Source: Oopsacas minuta (Eukaryota > Animalia > Porifera). From it: DNA of 64,000 nucleotides. This document shows, piece by piece, positions 13,183 through 24,892 of the stretch. The notes below the pieces were generated by a model. It made no database searches and was not told where the DNA came from. It saw only the letters and a list, made by a program, of their open reading frames with translations. The stretch is from positions 248,001-312,000 of the forward strand of contig JAKMXF010000210.1 in assembly GCA_024704765.1 (NCBI GenBank), given 5' to 3'. Positions within the stretch are counted from its first letter, which is position 1; each line of letters starts with the position of its first letter. Position numbers and translations under genes: made by a program.

Positions 13183-16100
13183 TCAATTATAATTCTCTAT
13201 GAGGACAGCTTTCCACTCGTAGAGCACACGATTAGCATCAATCATCTTCACTAATTTCTTCAAATATTTATCCTCTTTGATTCCAACTTGTAGCATATCA
13301 TCAAAATGAAATCTCTGGGCAGGAGGGAGATTAGTTATATTCAAACCAGTAGTGTATTGGAATCGAAGCTTTATAACAATAGGGTTGAGTTTGATGAGAG
13401 CTGGGGCTAGTGCAATCTGAGCAAATGGACATAGAATAACTGGAGTGTTGTAACTCTCTATACACTCAGTCAATGTTTTAACATTAACTACACGAGATTT
13501 ACCATCATTTCCCTTGTAGTGGATAATCTCACAGTTGTTCTGTTTCTCTTCTAATTCGGCATTCTTTGCATAGTTAACATCATCTACAATGGAGGAAGTT
13601 ATAAGTTGGAATTTTCCGCTTCTCCTGGTTTGCCTGATGCTATTGTTTGTAGTTAGTTTCTCAGATATATCTTCCCAATGGTAGCCGAATAGAATCACAG
13701 GTTGAGGTAATAGGTTTTTGCGTATTACAAGTGTATAGCATTTGAATGGGGATTTTGAGTTTTCGTTGAATTTTTGGTCTTTTACAGACTCAAGATTATA
13801 GTAAAAGTCAACGTTTTCAAGATCATAGTCAGATGTAGAAGTAGATATGGATGGCGGTCGTTGCGTTAATTGTGAATCTAAACTAATGACAAGAGATTCT
13901 CTCTCACATTCAATAGTATTACTTAGCCACAAATCTGATGGAATTCTTCCATTCTCAATATTGTTGCAGTTACGAGGATCAATTCGTGTGACATGCCAAA
14001 AACGATTTTGTTTTGACCAGTTATCATTCTGCTCCATTGTATCTGTGACCAAATACACACAAGAAGGAGATACGAATAACTCTCCTTTGACACTTTCACG
14101 TTTCGTAATGAACCGAGGAATCACATAGAAATGATCTCGTAGACTCAATTCTTCAGGTTTGAAATGAGTACTAGGTACATGGCTGACATATAGTGTTATG
14201 CTGGGATTGATATGACATTGATCGATAAACATTTCATATGTAAGATATTCAGTGGTTAGATCGTTTATTTGGAAGATCTTTTGACCAGATTTTAACTTGT
14301 ACTCATTGAGTTCTTCATCGGAATGGAGGAAAAATGGATTACCAAATCCACCAGATATCTTAGCGTGTCTTAGAAATAGCTGGTTAGGCACTGACGTACG
14401 GATTTGATCCCTATTGACAGAGGCAATGCTACCATTTGATTGATCAAGTCTAATTGTAGGATTCCTTCGGGTACATATTACCATGCCTGTTAAGCCAGTG
14501 TCAGCCCTAAAGATATCAGAAACAGAGTCGAAGTTGTCAATTGGGAAATTTCTTGGTACACTAGGACTCACAACTGGCTCGAATTGGCTAAGATCAAACA
14601 TGTTTTCTGCAGCAAAATTGGGGCCTTTTGGGAGTGAATTTGGACGTAGTAATGTAGGTTTCAATTGTTGAATAGGGTCACTATCCTGTGAGAATGAGTC
14701 TGAACTACTGTCACTGTTGATTAGCGACAAATTTTCAGCTTTTGATAGATTTGTCTTTGGAAAGCAATTTTTATTATTATTGAAGAGGGGGGTTTGAGGA
14801 CAGGAGGTTGTCATATTCAGATCGTATGGAAACATATTTCTAAGGGGAATATTAAGTTGAATATCAGAGATATTGAGAGTATCATTTGATTTGTGAATGC
14901 AAGAACGGTTAACTTCACTCTGAATGATAGTAGGGAATTGTGACTGAGTGCTGACTCTACGATGGTATTCTAACATACAACTGGTGCATGTACTGGGAGT
15001 TGGAACTGGTGTAAGACGGTTAGTATCTATCAGATTGGGTGAAGCACTTCTTGATACAGTATAAAGTTCATCTTCCATCAAATTATAACTATGCTCTTCA
15101 TAAGGAACATCGTGGTTAATCGGTCCACGCGCAATCAAAAGCTTTAATGAACTCTCAGCTTGCTGAATCATAAACTTAGGAAAATTCGCATCAGAGACGT
15201 TTGCTAATTTGATATTGTTAATTTTGATTACACGATCTCCAGGTTGAATCGACTTAACAAGAGATGGATCTAAACTATCAGAGAAGAATAAGCCAATTTC
15301 AAGAGATTGTGCGAGATGCTCTTTGATTTTGTTTGCTATCATGACAGTATTTTTAACGTTTACCTCTTTGTAGAATGAATTCTTACCTCCTATTTTACTG
15401 AGAGCCCCACCGATCTCACGTTGAGTGCGTGATAATGTATTTCTGGCCTCCTCCAATTCCTTGAAGTTTTTATCGTAAGATTTAAGAGGTATTTCATCCA
15501 TATTTCTCTTCTTTGACTGTGGTAGAGCTGCTAATTGAGTCTTTAACTCAACGTTTTCTTTCAAAGTTTGCTGGTTTTCGGTGAAAATATCATTCTTTTG
15601 AATCCTAATAGCATCTATCTGTTCAATCAACTCTTTGTTACGATGCTTCTCACTTTGTAGAGCATCCTGAAATTTAATTAATTCTAATTTTTCATCTGAT
15701 GGTTTTAATCCCATTATTGCCGTGATCATAGAAATTTTCTGTTCATCATCATCACTGATTCTGTTACGACGATCAATGTCTTCTTGAAGCTGCTCTATCT
15801 TGAGATTCTGTGAGTTCGCCTTTTCATAGTAACCTCGATTTTCATCGAGCAGTTTATCTATGGTAATCCAAGCTGCTTTGTTTTCATAATTCAAGCATTC
15901 ATTTTCAATCAGAAAAGTATTGTATCTAACCATTAAATCCCTCGATACAGTATCAATAGTGTTCTGTATGGGCTCGTAAAGCTTTTGCAATTCAAGGTAT
16001 TTTAGCCTCAGGTCTTTGTAGTTAACATTCTCGACGTTTATAGCTGAAATGGAGTCGAGAAGGGATTTAGCGCCTTCTCTTTCGCGTGTGAATTCAGGTC

Positions 16101-16770
16101 CTAGAATTTCCTCAATCGAAGAGAAATATTTTGATATCCTACCACTACCTTTTATTTTCTTATTTAGTATTGCGTCAATTTCTACACCGTTCACTTCAAA
16201 GATGTTTTTTAACGTTTCGTATATGTGATTGTAATGTTCCTTCAGAGCTTCGCAAAAGTAGGCCACACCATTAGGACCGCGAGTAATGATAATATCGATA
16301 AACGCATCAGTTTTGAGACTGCTTATTGGTCGCAGGCAAATTCTATCGCAATCATCTTGAGAAAGAACTACCTTCTCTTTCAAAAATGGAAAAAGCACAG
16401 TTACATCTGTAATCAATTTTGTGAGCTTTGAGCGTGAGTCGGTGATAATTTGGATTGCTCTTTCAGCTATGTCTTCTGATCTATCCTTACTTACCATAGT
16501 TTTAGTTCTCTCAATTGTGGTCTCTTTGTCAGAAGTTGATGACGTAGGCTGGTGGTGTTTGAAGTAAGGATTGATTACATGGCCCTGCTCACTGATGTTA
16601 CTACTAACACTGAGCCGATGGTTGTAAGGAGCGAGGGAATAAGGCTCAGGCAGAGGAACATTTTTTATTAAAATAGAATTTGATATATTATCACTGACTG
16701 TATTTATAGAAATCGTATCTTCTATACTTGTTACACATTCAATGTCTGTTGAATTCGAATAATCCATCAT
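13183..16770 (-). CDS. CARD-coiled coil-PDZ-SH3-GUK MAGUK scaffold (CARMA/CARD11- or DLG5-like), single exon
   Basis: CARD at aa ~100-190 (FIDIIITRGPNGVAYFCEALKEHYNHIY), long coiled coil, PDZ (IQPGDRVIKINN), second degenerate PDZ-like segment (LKSGQKIFQIND), SH3 (DHFYV...VTDTMEQ...WHVTRIDP...GRIPS), GUK-like end (PQPVILFG). Confidence 0.82.
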   Translation of the reverse strand: MMDYSNSTDIECVTSIEDTISINTVSDNISNSILIKNVPLPEPYSLAPYNHRLSVSSNISEQGHVINPYFKHHQPTSSTSDKETTIERTKTMVSKDRSEDIAERAIQIITDSRSKLTKLITDVTVLFPFLKEKVVLSQDDCDRICLRPISSLKTDAFIDIIITRGPNGVAYFCEALKEHYNHIYETLKNIFEVNGVEIDAILNKKIKGSGRISKYFSSIEEILGPEFTREREGAKSLLDSISAINVENVNYKDLRLKYLELQKLYEPIQNTIDTVSRDLMVRYNTFLIENECLNYENKAAWITIDKLLDENRGYYEKANSQNLKIEQLQEDIDRRNRISDDDEQKISMITAIMGLKPSDEKLELIKFQDALQSEKHRNKELIEQIDAIRIQKNDIFTENQQTLKENVELKTQLAALPQSKKRNMDEIPLKSYDKNFKELEEARNTLSRTQREIGGALSKIGGKNSFYKEVNVKNTVMIANKIKEHLAQSLEIGLFFSDSLDPSLVKSIQPGDRVIKINNIKLANVSDANFPKFMIQQAESSLKLLIARGPINHDVPYEEHSYNLMEDELYTVSRSASPNLIDTNRLTPVPTPSTCTSCMLEYHRRVSTQSQFPTIIQSEVNRSCIHKSNDTLNISDIQLNIPLRNMFPYDLNMTTSCPQTPLFNNNKNCFPKTNLSKAENLSLINSDSSSDSFSQDSDPIQQLKPTLLRPNSLPKGPNFAAENMFDLSQFEPVVSPSVPRNFPIDNFDSVSDIFRADTGLTGMVICTRRNPTIRLDQSNGSIASVNRDQIRTSVPNQLFLRHAKISGGFGNPFFLHSDEELNEYKLKSGQKIFQINDLTTEYLTYEMFIDQCHINPSITLYVSHVPSTHFKPEELSLRDHFYVIPRFITKRESVKGELFVSPSCVYLVTDTMEQNDNWSKQNRFWHVTRIDPRNCNNIENGRIPSDLWLSNTIECERESLVISLDSQLTQRPPSISTSTSDYDLENVDFYYNLESVKDQKFNENSKSPFKCYTLVIRKNLLPQPVILFGYHWEDISEKLTTNNSIRQTRRSGKFQLITSSIVDDVNYAKNAELEEKQNNCEIIHYKGNDGKSRVVNVKTLTECIESYNTPVILCPFAQIALAPALIKLNPIVIKLRFQYTTGLNITNLPPAQRFHFDDMLQVGIKEDKYLKKLVKMIDANRVLYEWKAVLIENYN

Positions 16771-17203
16771 TACAAAGTTTGTAGATATATTTGTAGATCG
16801 TTATTTTAATTTTAGAGTATTTATATACATTTAATGTAGCTAAATTGGCTACCATCATTTACTAAGAAATTTGATATTTTAAACAAATTACCTATTTTGC
16901 AGGCTACAGTTTCTTATTGTGATGTTGTGATAATTATTCGTAATAGACACATCTCAGCTACAAATAATTTTGATTTACATGATAATGTAATGGAAATATA
17001 GACCGGATGTTGTTTCGAAGTATTCAGAGATGTTTGCTGTAAGGACAAATGCAATAATTATATTATTAATTAATGATAAACTATCAATTATAGATAATAG
17101 TGATTAAGAGATTGCATTCTTTGCGATATCGAAAGTACAAACGTGATTTATTCTAGCATATTCCATATGGTAATCGTATGATACAATTGCTCACTAGATA
17201 AGG

Positions 17204-17707
17204 TTAATGAGCAGGAAGGGTTGAAGTACTCGAGGTCACGCTAGAACTCTCTGGAACGTTTAGTGTCAGGACCTTAGGATTTGGTTCTGTAAGGGGAGGG
17301 GTAATTTGTGCATTCTGAGATTTCTTATCTTGCATTTCAGCTGTCGCAGTTTGGATACGAATATCTACGCTTGTTGAGGTTGACCCAGCGAAGAATGGGT
17401 TCTGATACCGATGAGTGTATCTATCCTCTGCGACCTGTCTGAATTCTTGTAGTTTGATGCGATTAGCAGAATCACAAAGTTTTTCATTTGGAATCTTAGA
17501 AGTTTCCCATCCAACTTCTCCTACTGCTTTGCCCCTATTTATAGGAAACGGCTGTCCTATGTATCCGCGACAAATATAATCAACACCCAGCGTAGACTCA
17601 GCGGAGGCAGTACCAACCCCAATATGGAATTGATCCTTCACAACAACCTTGAAATCACTAATTCCATCTGGCCCTGTATACAGAACTGCTCCTTTATCAC
17701 CCTCCAT
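17204..17707 (-). CDS. C4orf45/SPMIP2 (DUF4562)-like small protein, putative axonemal microtubule inner protein
   Basis: Motifs LYTGPDG, GEVGW and RYQNPF recall C4orf45 (IFTGPD, EIGW, RYQNPW). Recognised from memory. Confidence 0.6.
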   Translation of the reverse strand: MEGDKGAVLYTGPDGISDFKVVVKDQFHIGVGTASAESTLGVDYICRGYIGQPFPINRGKAVGEVGWETSKIPNEKLCDSANRIKLQEFRQVAEDRYTHRYQNPFFAGSTSTSVDIRIQTATAEMQDKKSQNAQITPPLTEPNPKVLTLNVPESSSVTSSTSTLPAH

Positions 17708-18010
17708 ATGATTTCCTATTAGTTTTATATTACAGTTAATTAAACTCTAGGTATATTCATTTGACATACAAATCAGTTATTGTATTACACATAGGATAAA
17801 ATATACAGCAAATCAAATCAGAAATTTAATAGTCTAAGCAAATAGCTAGAGTAGGTATTGCTAGAGAATTTCGTAATGTTGCTAAAAATATATGTAAGGG
17901 TTTGAAATATTCTACAATTTGTAAGACATATTTTCATTATTTTAGCTATTAAGAATTAAGTGCTAACGCTAGCATTGTAGAAAAGATAACATCTGTGACA
18001 TAGTTGGAAG
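17708..18010. promoter_or_regulatory. Putative bidirectional promoter between C4orf45-like (-) and HPS3 (+)
   Basis: 303-bp AT-rich gap between two divergent start codons. Positional inference only. Confidence 0.4.
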
Positions 18011-21000
18011 ATGTCTCGTGTTAGAATATACCCATGTACCACATACAAGAAACAAAGTATATTGAGTCCACCTGATGAACCATTACAGCTACACACATGG
18101 GATAATCTATTGTTCGTTTCAACGAAGACTTCTGTCTTAGAGATATACAACATGAGTTCACTTCAAATAGTAGGGAAGTTCAGTACAATTAGTCAAGCAG
18201 AAACCATCATTTACTCAGAATATGGAAACTGTATAGTGACAATGGAGAGGGCAGATAGTAGCCCTTTACATTGCTTCGTGAGACTGTATATGGGATTTCC
18301 ATGTAGACTCAGTGATCTAGCTGTAGACCCATTGGTTAAAGAGAGTTTTGTAATGGTTGGAATGGAAGAGAGCGAGTCAGTAGAAGCGGGAGAGAAATAT
18401 ACGACTGGTGGGATGACTAGAAGTGAAAAGAAGACGAAAAATGCACAAGATATGTCATACGAGCAAATGGAAAATTGGGAAGTTGAGAGAGATGAGTTAC
18501 CTACACAAGCAGCTGTTAATTGTGTAGGCATGTGTTCACATACGGGACTACTGGCAGTAGCATGGGATATGAATATAACTCTATACATGCTAACGCAAGA
18601 CGTAAATAGTTTAGCAAACAGAAAGCCAATTAAATGTGAAGTTAGTGTGTTGATCGAGATGGAAATTGGATTCGTAGTGACAACATTAGTTGTAGAAGAC
18701 ATATATATGGCTTGCTTATCAGAATCTGAAATTCAAGTACTCAAATTACAAATGATGCCAGAAAGATACACATGTGCTCCTAGAGAAAAGAAACTAGACT
18801 CGTATTTGAAAACTCTGTTAAGAGTTGATACATCAATGGAAGATGAGAGTAAACCTGAAATCAAACAGTCAGAAGATTTCCTACAACTGAGATCTTTCTA
18901 TTCATACCCAGCTATACATGTGGATTCTAGCAGGAGTAATGGAAGAGAATCAGATTGTTATCCTTACAACATAATTGGAGTAGAAACGCCATCAGGAGAT
19001 GAATCAGAAATGGAAAACAGACAGAATATCCAAGAAGAACATTGTATTGTATTCCCTTCTGTATCAAAGGAGAGCATGCTGGGAAGAAGTGAAGAAGTCA
19101 AGAACAGAATGGTTGAAATATGGGGTCCGAGTAGGATAATAGAGAATAGAGCACTTAACTTATTAACTCCTGACGGACAAAAGCTAACAAATTCAGGTAT
19201 CCTCAACAATGTTATATCTAAAACTTCCTTTTACTGCAGCAACAGAGTACACATTATCCACAACGAGCAGTGATGAAAAGAGTATTGATGTATTCCACAC
19301 GATTAAATTAATACCAGAATATATTGATGATGGAGATGACCAACATCTAGTAGGTAAGTTATCTTCTATATATTATTACAATATAGCTTATAATGTGACG
19401 TCATTTTCCCATAGGGATGTGTTTGTTGGCCGCGAGTAAGAAGGAAGGTCATTTCTATGATATCTTTGGGTATTGCAGGAAGGTTATAACTTTTCCTTTC
19501 ACTAAAGACTTAATTGATATCGTAATGAGTCCTGGATTAATGCATGTTGTATACTCATCACGTGTTGAAGTGTATATTACACGGAGTTATGGAGTAGCTT
19601 CAGAGAATGCGAGGAATTTAATTAAGCAAGGTAGAGTCCATGATCTTGATTTCGGGACACAATCTAGCATTATTGATCATATGAAAGATTCAGTATTAAC
19701 ACAAACTGACAATGAAGATGTATCAACTATTCAATCTCCTTTATATTGGCTGTATCAGGTCAGTCCCTCATCTCAAGAAATGGATATTTTTCAAATCGGA
19801 CAGAGTACATTCGTAAATCTACACTCGTGTACCAACACTGACAACAGAATAGCAATTCTGTCAAAATACAAACCTGAAGTAAAACCAAGTGGATTCCATA
19901 AACTTAAGAAAAACACTACAAAACCAGAAGAAATAATTTGGAACATTTACATACTCGATATAACACCACTCCATTGCATAGCGAAACAAATGGAAATAAC
20001 GGCACAACCTTACATAAATGAAAATCCTCCAATATATTTCCAACTTCTCTGCGACGCTCACTTCTTGAGAAAATCAGCTATTTCGAGACAGTATAATATA
20101 TTGACGGATGAAGAAGAGACTGAAAGTGTTAGTGTGGAGCCTGTTGGCTCTCTAGTCATATCACTCACACCCTCTCAACAACAAATGGATATGGAAGATG
20201 ATTCTACATTACCTACAATACCGAATAGACAACAACTCCAAGGTCTGCAGAAATCGTGTCTTCTCCTGGCAGATTCGCTACGTCAAGAAAACGAACAGTT
20301 AGCTCTACAGTATTACAAACAAGGCTCCTTTGGTCTCAACCAGTTTTTAACAAATTCAATCCTCCATACACCACCGATGTTAGATGATGACATCGTATAT
20401 TATAGCTTAACTCCATCTACATTGAAGACTATGGCAAGCTCAATGTGTTTCAGTCAAATTGACGCTAGTTTGCTAGCTAAGAGCATTCTGCATAAAGAGA
20501 GTCTGAATTTAGTTGAGAATGACGTCACTGATTCAAATCAAACAGACTGTATGGTGTTTAGAGTGTTTAATTTGTGTGTGCATTTAGAAAATAACGATGA
20601 AATGAAAGCTAGAGAATGTGCTTCTGAATTGTTCGTACATTCAAGAGACTTTTCCTTATGGGCCAATAATCACATCAATTCATTCGTTTCACAAGATAAT
20701 GATGATAATTTATCGCATCTCGGAATGTTCCTACTCATTGAAGTGCCAACTCTGATCGTACCTTTACTACCCACAATCTGTGAAATGGGATTAATTAAAG
20801 CTAGCTACTTGATAGAGCTCATCAAACACAATACAGAAGATATGGAAGAAAGAGATGAGATGATACTACAGTTCATCACAGATTTAATACGGAAACAGAA
20901 TAAGTCCAAGAATCAAATTGAAGAGTTAGATTTAGCGATTATAGAACTCATAAATCTTTGCTTCAATCTATTCGAGGATCAAACTGAACTTGATACAAGG

Positions 21001-21588
21001 AAAATTGATGACATTTGTGCTGAGTATAGGCCACACTGGTTGGATTGTCTACCACCCTTTAATGACGAAATAAACCAAGCGATTTACAATGGAAATATTG
21101 GTAAAGTTACAATACTAATATTTATAGTACAAAACATTCTATCTAGTCCATTTAACAGTCTGCCGATGAGTGAGAAAGTTCTACAAATGACACAACCATC
21201 AGAATGGTATGACGGAATACGAGCTCTGATATATATGAAACTGGGTAGATATAAAGAACTGGTTATATTATTTCTAACCAGGTATCAACGTGCGTTTCCA
21301 GCTTTCACTGAATCGATTAAAGTACAAGCCGTTAGATATACAATAATTCGGTCAGTTGTGAATGATATTTTAATCAATACAGGAGAAAATGACTTACTCA
21401 GTCGAGACCTAAGAGAACGAGCTTGTTACTTTATCGTAAGCTTAACAAGATGCATGACATATAAAGAAATTCTCCTGGTGCTACCTGATAATTCTCCTAC
21501 AGATTTATACAAGAGATGTTTCGATTTTCATCTACACATTGAAAAGAGCGATAAAATAATCGAAGAGCTACGTAATGAAAAATTATAG
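18011..21588 (+). CDS. HPS3: Hermansky-Pudlak syndrome 3 protein (BLOC-2 subunit), 3 exons
   Basis: N-terminus (FSTISQAETIIYSEYGNCIVTME...FVRLYM) aligns by eye with HPS3 ([23 protein letters not shown]...FLRAYV). Exons 18011-19196, 19240 (or 19246)-19353, 19415-21588 give 1158 codons. Confidence 0.8.
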
Positions 21589-21724
21589 CAATATATTTAC
21601 ATAATAATATATTATCTTAATTTCAATACTTTTATTATGACAAATGAATAATTAACAAATACTACACATGTACATACGTAATAGAGCAATTTACCTAGAT
21701 TATATATTCTATAGCTAGAAATTC

Positions 21725-23283
21725 TCATAGTTCATTCTTCTTAGAGGGAAGTTTGAATGGAATAGTAGCTTGCTTTTGGATATAACTCATAAGATCACTC
21801 ACCTCTCTACCACCATTATACTTTACAGGTTTATCCTTCGCATCAGCTGGTACCCAGTAGAGAGTTGGAAATCCTTCTACATGAAAGGGTTCAGGAAAAT
21901 CATTAGCAGTTGCATCCAGTTTCGCAATTACAACATTACTGTTACTCTCTAGCTTCTCTGCTAACTCGTCTAATTTCGGTGCTAGTGACTTACAGTGACC
22001 ACACCATGGTGCATAGAACTCTAACAACACGTCTTTGTCATTTTCTAGGATCATCTCTTCAAATGTTCTACCTACAACTGTTTTAACTGGCTTGGTATTG
22101 TCTATTGGTGTCATTTCTGATTTTAAGTATGCTTTGATTTTGCCATCAAAATATTCTTCAACAAACTCTAACAGTCTCTCAGGACTCATTTTAGCGTCTC
22201 TGTCTTGGTGCATTACATACTTACGTCCATTATTCTGAATCACAGCCTGCAGCTCCTCTGTCTGTATGATACCAAATTTATTAGTTAGCTCTCCTTTATA
22301 AGTTGTAGAGTCTGACATAGAAAAGCTCATCTGAGATTTATACTCCTTGGCTATTTTAATAATTCTATTACGCCAGTAATTAATAGTCTTAAGATTGATT
22401 TCCCAGTTAAGTTTGCTGAAAAAAATTAACTGGGGTTGATGTGTTATGTCATCAAAATATTTAGAGTTTGTTGGCTCTCTTATGCCTACTAAACCCATAA
22501 AATTATGAATGATAAACTCTTCCATCTCTTCGGGACCACTTTCTGAAATACGAATAGCAGAGGCGTCAAGTTTAGAGCGGAGGCGAACTGGTTGATATAA
22601 CCAAACCTGTTCACCTTCTATATTCTCAGGAAGGATTTGAGCATGGCCTAGAGAAGAGGGAGTTTCATACGCATGCGCGAAACGAAAATTCGCCCTCATT
22701 TTGTTAGAACATTTAACAAAACTATCTCTCAAGATGGAATCACTACCATCGTGTTCGAAGTACCCTATTATACTCGGTTCAGAGTTATCAATGAATGTAT
22801 TCAGCTTTTCTTGAGAAGAAATGAACAGAGAGCTAGGAGCAGCTTGCTTCTGCATATAAGATACTATACCATCAGAATTACGTGGCCCGTCATAATCAGC
22901 CGAGAACTATAAAAGCAAAATATGTAAACAAACATTCAAATAATAAGATTATTACATCAGTAACTTACTTCTCCATTCCTGAATATTTTTAAGGTGGGGT
23001 ACCCCTTGATCCCCTGCTCCACACATACATTCTTCCCTAACTCAGTACATTCTACATTAGCAAGAGGGACAGGAGGAGAGCTAGATTTAAGTTTGGAAGC
23101 AGCAGATGAATATTCAGGAGCTAGCTTCTTACAGTGTCCACACCATGGGGCAAAAAACTCTACAAGAATAATTTCATGCTTTGCTATCTCTTCATTGAAA
23201 TTGTCATCTGTCAACTCGATAATATCAGAAGTTCCAAGGATTGTCCGAAATAAGAACATTATTATTAGAATTTTAAGAAACAT
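21725..23283 (-). CDS. PDIA3: Protein disulfide-isomerase A3 (ERp57), 2 exons
   Basis: Signal peptide, two WCGHC thioredoxin sites, [15 protein letters not shown]-terminal KNEL. Exons 22969-23283 and 21725-22906 give 499 codons. Confidence 0.93.
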
Positions 23284-23497
23284 AACTACAGAAATATATC
23301 AAATAATATTTCTTTAGAATAAGCATTGAATAAATGAAATGTTTTGAAGGACTAAATAGTTAAGAAGAATTCCTATAAAACAGAATTGATTGAATTTGTT
23401 TAACAATCCCTAAAAATTGATAAATAGTAAAGGATTCGCGAAAATCTAGAATTCCTATAATGCATAAATCTATTGATTAAACTAAATTTAAAGAAAA

Positions 23498-24604
23498 TTA
23501 AGAAATTCGTCTTCTTTGCAAAAGAGAAGAACCTCTAAACCAAATGTTAGTATTGTACAAATATTGGAAACAATCTAGCCAAGAAGTGAATTGAGGAATT
23601 TGTGGCAGTATAGGGTTAACTCTGGCAGAACATTTATTAGCAGTCATAATATTACTCACTAGAGAGAGAGGATATGTAATAGATGAGATAATAAAATGAG
23701 ACACGGTGTAGCTATTCCCATTCTTTTCTTTTTTATCGTTATTATCTTCTGTGAGTTTCACTAATATCAACCTGAATGCCTCAACCATAATCTCTTCACA
23801 CCATAGATTAATTATTTGGTATAACCACAATGCTAATATACCAGAATAGAAACCTCCAATACCTGCTTCGTCCCATACTTCACGGAATACACTCCACATC
23901 CAAACACTCGGTTGTCTCTTAATACATCTGAGAATGCAAATGTTACCCACTACAAAGAACGGGTAGGAGTATAGCATACCCATACTTTGAATAATACTAG
24001 CCCTCATGCCATATAGAAATATTTTATTAGTGTCAAAAAATGGATATCTATCCACTTGCTCTTTGTAATCAATCATATCAATCAGATATCTTTCTACTCG
24101 TTGGTTCCATATGATGTCAAAAGTTGAATCTATCAACATTTGAAAAATACTTGGACCTAGCCCAGCAAAGAGACATCCCCATCTGAACTTTTGAGCTAGT
24201 CCTCTCGAGTAACCAAGTATTCCTGGGAGATACACGTAGGTTGATTCTGGGCGATTCATTAGAAAATCTATAATCCCTCTACTTTTAATAGAATATGAAT
24301 TAACTGGCTCGTAACCAAATTGGATTAGAAATCGCGAAACTTTAAACGGTTGGTAGAGAGGAGTTAAAGTAAACGCATTTGTTATAGCATTACCAATTCC
24401 ATAATATTCATTATCATCTTTCTCATTAGATTCTTCTAATTCAGCTGATTGTCCTGGTTCATGTCCATATCCTCCCTTTAGTGGAAGTGAAGATCCACAT
24501 TTCGTAAATAATGGGTTTTTGTTAAATTTATTTGGCTTACTTTGTGGAGATAGTGAAATTCCCCAAATAGATTTAGAACAGAGGCAAGTTGTTGAAAAGT
24601 ACAT
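23498..24604 (-). CDS. MTCH2: Mitochondrial carrier homolog (MTCH1/2, SLC25A49/50-like), copy A, single exon
   Basis: QPFKVSRFLIQFGYEPV, YLPGILGY, LFAGLGP, GIGGFYSG, YPLSLVSNIM, WFRGSSLL match MTCH motifs. First ATG is 24604 (the track start 24631 is TTG). Confidence 0.85.
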   Translation of the reverse strand: MYFSTTCLCSKSIWGISLSPQSKPNKFNKNPLFTKCGSSLPLKGGYGHEPGQSAELEESNEKDDNEYYGIGNAITNAFTLTPLYQPFKVSRFLIQFGYEPVNSYSIKSRGIIDFLMNRPESTYVYLPGILGYSRGLAQKFRWGCLFAGLGPSIFQMLIDSTFDIIWNQRVERYLIDMIDYKEQVDRYPFFDTNKIFLYGMRASIIQSMGMLYSYPFFVVGNICILRCIKRQPSVWMWSVFREVWDEAGIGGFYSGILALWLYQIINLWCEEIMVEAFRLILVKLTEDNNDKKEKNGNSYTVSHFIISSITYPLSLVSNIMTANKCSARVNPILPQIPQFTSWLDCFQYLYNTNIWFRGSSLLQRRRIS

Positions 24605-24892
24605 TGTTTCTGATGTAAACGAGCAATGCAACTATACACCTACCAATGATATACTAAGTGTAAATTGTGATAATTATATAATTTATGATATTTAATTAAT
24701 AAGCATACTACAAGCGTGGATGTAGAAATTTTAGAACCGTATTCTAGCTTAATTTTGAAAAATCGGGTAGACGGACGTCGCATATAGCTCATGCCAAATA
24801 TAGCATCTCCCTACAGGAGCTACAAAAATGTTTACACTACGAAGTAACATAATCGATATTTTCTAGAGTAATTAATTATCACATGAAAATGT

